Assembly: GCF_006345805.1 (NCBI RefSeq)
Contig: NW_021826509.1
Coordinates: forward strand, 1-12,544
DNA: 12,544 nucleotides
DNA from: Octopus sinensis
Taxonomy: Eukaryota
Direction of reading: 5' to 3'
Under the pieces are notes generated by a model that had not been told where the DNA came from, did no database searches, and was given only the letters and a program-made list of their open reading frames with translations. How positions within the stretch are numbered: position 1 is the first letter of the stretch; every line of letters starts with the position of its first letter. Both the position numbers and the translations under genes were made by a program. Positions 8,048-12,544 of the stretch are shown here, in pieces.

Positions 8048-8490
8048 GGCGCAGGAGTGGCTGTGTGGTAAGTAGCTTGCATACAAGCCACATGGTTCCG
8101 GGTCCATTCCCATTGCGTGGCTCGTTGGGCAAGTGCCTTCTACTATAGCCTCGGGCCGACCAAAGCCTTATGAGTCATTTGATCGATGGAAACTGAAAGA
8201 AGCCCGTCGTATATATGTATATATATATGTATGTATATGTATATGTATGTATATGTATATGTTTGTGTGTCTGTGTTTGTCCCCACCAACATCGCTTGAC
8301 AACCGATGCTGGTGAGTTTACATCCCCGTAACTTAGCGGTTCGGCAAAATTGACCGATAGAATAAGTACTAGGTTTAAAAAGAATAATTCCTGGGGTCGA
8401 TTTGCTCGATTAAAGGCAGCGCTCCAGCATGGCCGCATTCAAATGACTGAAACGGGTAAAAGAGAGTAAAAGCGTAAAAACAGTAAAGAG
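8048..8490 (+). mobile_element. Near full-length tRNA-derived SINE with internal TA/TG microsatellite
   Basis: Starts ggcgcaggag. A box tggctgtgtgg (8058-8068). Degenerate B box gggtccattccc (about 8100-8111). Internal microsatellite about 8211-8270. Tail of gtaaaa(ga) short repeats at 8456-8490. Confidence 0.85.
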
Positions 8491-8599
8491 AATACAAGAA
8501 CATCTTTTATGGACATCCAAGGGTCATGCGGCCCCTCAAAGGTCGTGTGGATCCGGTTTAGAACCACTGTGGCAACAATGTGGAAACTCGTGATATTTA

Positions 8600-8690
8600 T
8601 GTGTTTATGTGTGTGTGTGTGTGTGTGTGATTTTGTTTTGCCCACACAACGCTTGGCAACCGGTGTCGGTTTACTTACATCCTCTTACAT
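8600..8690 (+). mobile_element. Decayed partial copy of the central part of the 8048 SINE
   Basis: (TG)n then cccacacaacgcttggcaaccggtgtcggtttacttacatcc, versus 8281-8326 ccccaccaacatcgcttgacaaccgatgctggtgagtttacatccc. Confidence 0.65.
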
Positions 8691-9267
8691 TTGCCAAAAT
8701 AATCACATGCAACAAACGTTAGAATTAAAATGGATATATTGTGTTTTATGTCATTTTATTCCTCTGAAATAATTCTGATTTTTTTCGGTTTTACACTAGA
8801 TGACATAAAAATATTTATAATTATTTCACACGTTTAGTGAATTTTATATAAATAATCTTATTCTCTAGAATAAAAAATATACAAATATTTCAAACACGGA
8901 AGAGAAGAAAGGAATTTAACACGCACTCGAGTTTCAACTTTCTATTATGGCACAATGTAAAATTTTAAAATCTAACTCATCACACACAAGAAAAAAAATA
9001 GACAATGTTATACAATTAATCGACGACTCGTTTAGAAGTATAAATTCTGTAAAAATATATGACGCCTCAGGTGAAAATGCGATTTAATTTTATAGATACC
9101 ATGTATTTCATTTTCTTTTTAAATTTATGTTTTCTATGGAAATAGTTCTACAAAATAGTAACAGATAAATTCGATGCGTTGATACCCGTTTAAAAAGAAA
9201 AAAAGTTTATTTCTTAATAGTAAAATACCCCTAGCGATGATATCAAGTGTTTCAGGATAGAAGATCA

Positions 9268-9377
9268 TTTTGTGTATATATAAATATACATATATTCATA
9301 TATATATATAAATGTATGTGTATATATATATACACACACATATATTTATATATAAATGTAATATATATTATATATAT

Positions 9378-9408
<31 letters not shown>

Positions 9409-9492
9409 TATATACATACATAGATATGTATAAGTATATACGTGTGTAAATATATATACATGACAGATATATATATATATATACATGACAGA

Positions 9493-9529
<37 letters not shown>

Positions 9530-9815
9530 ATATCTACATACATATATATATGTATGTATATATTTATGTATGTATCTTCCCACTGAAGTCTACGGATTCT
9601 TAGCAAAAACTGTCATTTTCTTTTCATGTTTTATAAGTATTTTTATAAGTTCGTGACTATACATATATATATATATGTGTGTGTGTGTGTCTATGAATGT
9701 GTATGTATGTATGTCTACATAGCTATGTGCACGCACACACATGTATATACACATGTATCTCCGTATATGCTTGTGCGTATTTCTTTGTGAATATTTAGAC
9801 ATAGGCATGCCGGCA

Positions 9816-9864
<49 letters not shown>

Positions 9865-10034
9865 ATGTGTGTGTGTGTGTGTGTGCGTGCGTGTGTGACC
9901 GACTGCTATACGGAAAACGTTCTATATGCTGAGTTCTCGATGCCAAAATTCTCGATGCAATTTTGCAGTTTCGTACAGATCACTGTACGTGCTGCTGTGT
10001 ATGCCGTTATATATATATTTGTGTGTGTCTTTGT

Positions 10035-10072
<38 letters not shown>
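9268..10072. repeat. Cluster of (TA)n and (TG)n microsatellites (about 9268-9575, 9655-9780, 9818-9896, 10010-10072)
   Basis: Direct reading. Confidence 0.9.
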
Positions 10073-10074
<2 letters not shown>

Positions 10075-10209
10075 TGTTTTTAACCGTATATCTTATATGG
10101 AAATTAGTCTAATATCGCACCAACATACCCTTCCTCATTTTCCGGTTAAATTCAAGAACTATGATTTCATAGCCATAAGTGTGAAGACATGTGCATGTTT
10201 TTCGTAAAG

Positions 10210-10388
10210 TAAGAAATGGTGACGAGTGAAAATTTTATAAATATGATTATAAGCCATCACCATATACATTAACTACGGAATAAAGTCTAACAATGGGACA
10301 TATAGACCCACAACAGAAAAGAATTGGGGAATACACGGTGAAGTCTTATAATCATATTTACAAAATCTTCACTCGTCACCTTTTCTTA
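10210..10388. repeat. Fold-back element: 52-bp inverted arms (47/52 matches) with a 75-bp spacer
   Basis: 10210-10261 taagaaatggtgacgagtgaaaattttataaatatgattataagccatcacc versus reverse complement of 10337-10388 taagaaaaggtgacgagtgaagattttgtaaatatgattataagacttcacc. Confidence 0.9.
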
Positions 10389-10515
10389 ATTCACACAGAA
10401 TTTGTATATGTCTACTCTTCTTTTAATCATTGGAGTTTTTTTACTTTGAAGAAGGAGCTGATTGCTAACAGACTTACAAAGCTCCATCTTCGCAATGTAG
10501 ATAACGAAAATATTG

Positions 10516-11765
10516 TCACATTTTAAACCTCAGAAACGTCTTGCAGAGTTTTACTGTTCCGCTTACAGATTGTATTAATAAGGTGCAAATCGGTTGATTG
10601 ATTTCGTTTTCTGCAAATCCATGTTTATCCAAATTAACAGTTAAGCATTTACTTACAAAACCAAGAGCTCCAATTATTGATATAAATGTATATTTGTAAT
10701 CCGGATATAGAAGATGGTGGTTCCAAAGCATTTGTCCAAAGTAATCTTTTTTCTCTTTGGTTTTCAAAGAGATGTTCACATCAATAGGACAGCGGCCCTC
10801 TATATTGGTACATACTTTTTCTTGTCTGTCCCAAACAACAATATCCGGTGTGTTATATTTAAACTTAACAGATATTTTGATGGGAATGTTCCAACAGTAT
10901 TCCTTGTGCTGGTATTTGTATACGTATTCAATAACAGGGGGATTCTTTATATTTATTCCAGGACATATTTTCCTGAATAGCATTGTATATTATTTTTCTA
11001 CGACAATCTCATGTCACATAGGGGGGTAGTTCCTTGATGACATTTTTGGCCAGCTGCTAATCAGATGTTTCCTGTCTTCTACAAAAAAATGACGTAATCC
11101 ACATTTACGGTTGCATCTTGGAATAGCAAAGTATTTACTGTCTCTTTTGTTGATGAGGTATTTAGTAGCAAGGCGGCGAGCTGGCAGAAACGTTAGCACG
11201 CCGGGCGACATGCTTAGCAGTTTTTCGTCTGCAGCTACGTTCTGAGTTCAAATTCCGCCGAGGCCGACTTTGCCTTTCATCCTTTCGGGGTCGATTAAAT
11301 AAGTACCAGTTATGCACTGGGGTCGATATAATCGACTTAATCCGTTTGTCTGTCCTTGTTTGTCCCTTCTGTGTTTAGCTCCTTGTGGGTAGTAAAGAAA
11401 TAGATATTTCGTAGCAATCTCTTGTTCTTGGACTGCAAATGCATGGCCTTCGAAGCGTAATGTGACGTAGCAGTCACGAGCCCAAGAGTGGCTCGCTTCA
11501 TTTCTATGATATTTCTTCTTCAAGTCTACGAGAAACATACCCATGCATGGTCTTGTTTTGGTATGCTGAGCGTTTTACTTCCAGGTCTTCTTTGAGGTAT
11601 ACTTGTTTGACTGATTTAGAGGTGCATGGGAGGTCATCAGGAAGAGAGTATTTCTCGAGGAACTCACTTCCAACACGTAGGATATAGTTTTCTTCACTTT
11701 TCAACACTAAATCTTTATTTTTGCTGCTCTTGTTTAGCAAACACTGCTCAAAGCCAGTTGTTGTG
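10516..11765 (-). mobile_element. Decayed 5'-truncated non-LTR retrotransposon with restriction-like endonuclease (R4/Dong-type), family A, interrupted by a SINE
   Basis: Frameshifted pieces in the expected order: YQNKTMHGY; FEGHAFAVQEQEIATKYLINKR (joined across the SINE); decayed CCHC knuckle RKCGLRH...EDRKHLISSWPKM; RLE PDIVVWDRQEKVCTNIEGRCP...KTKEKK...IIGALG...SVSGTVKLCKTFLRFKM*. Confidence 0.85.
11172..11404 (+). mobile_element. Full-length tRNA-type SINE (233 bp) with 13-bp TSD
   Basis: A box tggcagaaacg (11182). B box gagttcaaattcc (11244-11256). TSD tatttagtagcaa (11159-11171) / tatttcgtagcaa (11405-11417). Removing it restores the LINE reading QEQEIATKYLINKR. Confidence 0.92.
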
Positions 11766-11769
11766 GACG

Positions 11770-12544
11770 AATATCATTAGTACAGAGTCTGTAAAGAGGA
11801 AGAGAAATCCATGCACATAGTAAGTTCCTGCGGTGCTTTGCCACAGAAGGATTATAGACGCCAAAGCACTACCCTGGTACATAACACGGCAAACAGGATT
11901 TAAAGTAGGGATAAAACGGTAAGAACAACATCCAGAAAGTGTAATAAAGAACAACCAGTAAAATGTCTTGAGAGATTTTTGCAGTACAGTCTGATCACGA
12001 ACTTCATAAAACGGAGACCAGATATTATCGTTCTGGATACCTATTTCTTTACTACCCACAAGGGGCTAAACATAGAGGGGACAAAAAAGGACAGACAAAG
12101 GGATTAAGTCGATTACATCGACCCCAGTGCGTAACTGGTACTTAATTTATCGACCCCAAAAGGATGAAAGGCAAAGTCGACCTCAGCGGAATTTGAACTC
12201 ACAGCGTAACTGCAGCCGAAATACTGCCAAGCATTTCGCCCGACGTGCTAACGTTTCTGCCAGCTCGCCGCCTTCTGGATAAGAAGAAAAATAGTGTACG
12301 AGTGCATCATAATAGACGTAGTTTATATCGGCAGACATGAATATAGTGTACAAAGAAGAGGATAAAATAGGAAAATACGAAGACTGTGGCGGATTGATTG
12401 TAGGAGCACTTGGAATGATTAAAAAAATGAACTGAAAATTACTTAAGAATGATCCCTGGATTGCCATCCATGCAAGAAGTGCAAAAGATTGTCTTAACTG
12501 GTTACTAGTCACACGTATTGAGAAGAGCGTGGTCGCTGTGGATT
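11770..12544 (+). mobile_element. Decayed 5'-truncated RLE non-LTR retrotransposon (R4/Dong-type), family B, interrupted by a SINE and running to the window end
   Basis: My translation across frames: YRVCKEEEKSMHIVSSCGALPQKDYRR (CCHC knuckle); HPESVIKNN..VLRDF; RRPDIIVLD|KKK (SINE junction); ECIIIDV; KEEDKIGKYED; IVGALGMI; MIPGLPSMQEVQKIVLTG. Not captured by the ORF track because of stops and frameshifts. Confidence 0.85.
12040..12272 (-). mobile_element. Full-length tRNA-type SINE (233 bp), same family as 11172, with perfect 9-bp TSD
   Basis: Reverse complement is colinear with 11172-11404, about 21 substitutions by eye. TSD ttctggata at 12031-12039 and 12273-12281. Confidence 0.92.

Noticed and set aside
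7673-8569. Possible hAT/Charlie-type MITE: cagtgtttctcaa (7673) and ttagaaccactg (ending 8569) match 11/13 as TIRs
   Set aside because: The 8-bp flanks (ggttaaat versus tggcaaca) do not form a TSD and the interior is dominated by other repeats, so a single element is not supported.
9934-9958. Direct repeat ttctcgatgc x2
   Set aside because: Only two 10-bp copies, too short to call a minisatellite or element terminus.
51-10207. Most ORFs in the supplied track (poly-E/K/F/S/V/T/Y/I and CV/YI repeats)
   Set aside because: They are translated microsatellites that lack stops by composition. There are no recognisable domains.
1-12544. CRISPR arrays, rRNA, bona fide tRNA genes, prokaryotic operons
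   Set aside because: No regularly spaced repeat-spacer pattern or rRNA sequence. The tRNA-like boxes are SINE heads.

Overview
Eukaryotic, AT-rich, repeat-dominated non-coding DNA with no intact protein-coding gene. Most listed ORFs are translated microsatellites. The repeat families and microsatellite density look like an octopus or other coleoid genome (inference from recognising the repeats, not from a search). Supported content: (i) many TA/TG, GAA, TATC, GTA/GTG, CTT/CTA and ATT microsatellites; (ii) three apparently full-length tRNA-type SINEs of two families, plus relics; (iii) an RTE-clade LINE 3' end; (iv) two different decayed restriction-like-endonuclease (R4/Dong-type) LINE 3' fragments lying back to back, each interrupted by an antisense copy of the same SINE with clear target-site duplications; (v) a mariner deletion derivative with a duplicated right end; (vi) a degenerate TTAGGG array. 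The most notable non-annotated structures are a minimal type I hammerhead-ribozyme motif on the minus strand (7336-7370), a 52-bp-arm fold-back (10210-10388), a microsatellite-based long hairpin (5097-5203) and an inverted SINE pair about 640 bp apart. No clearly new biological system is demonstrated. The leads are RNA-structure and retroelement-biology candidates.
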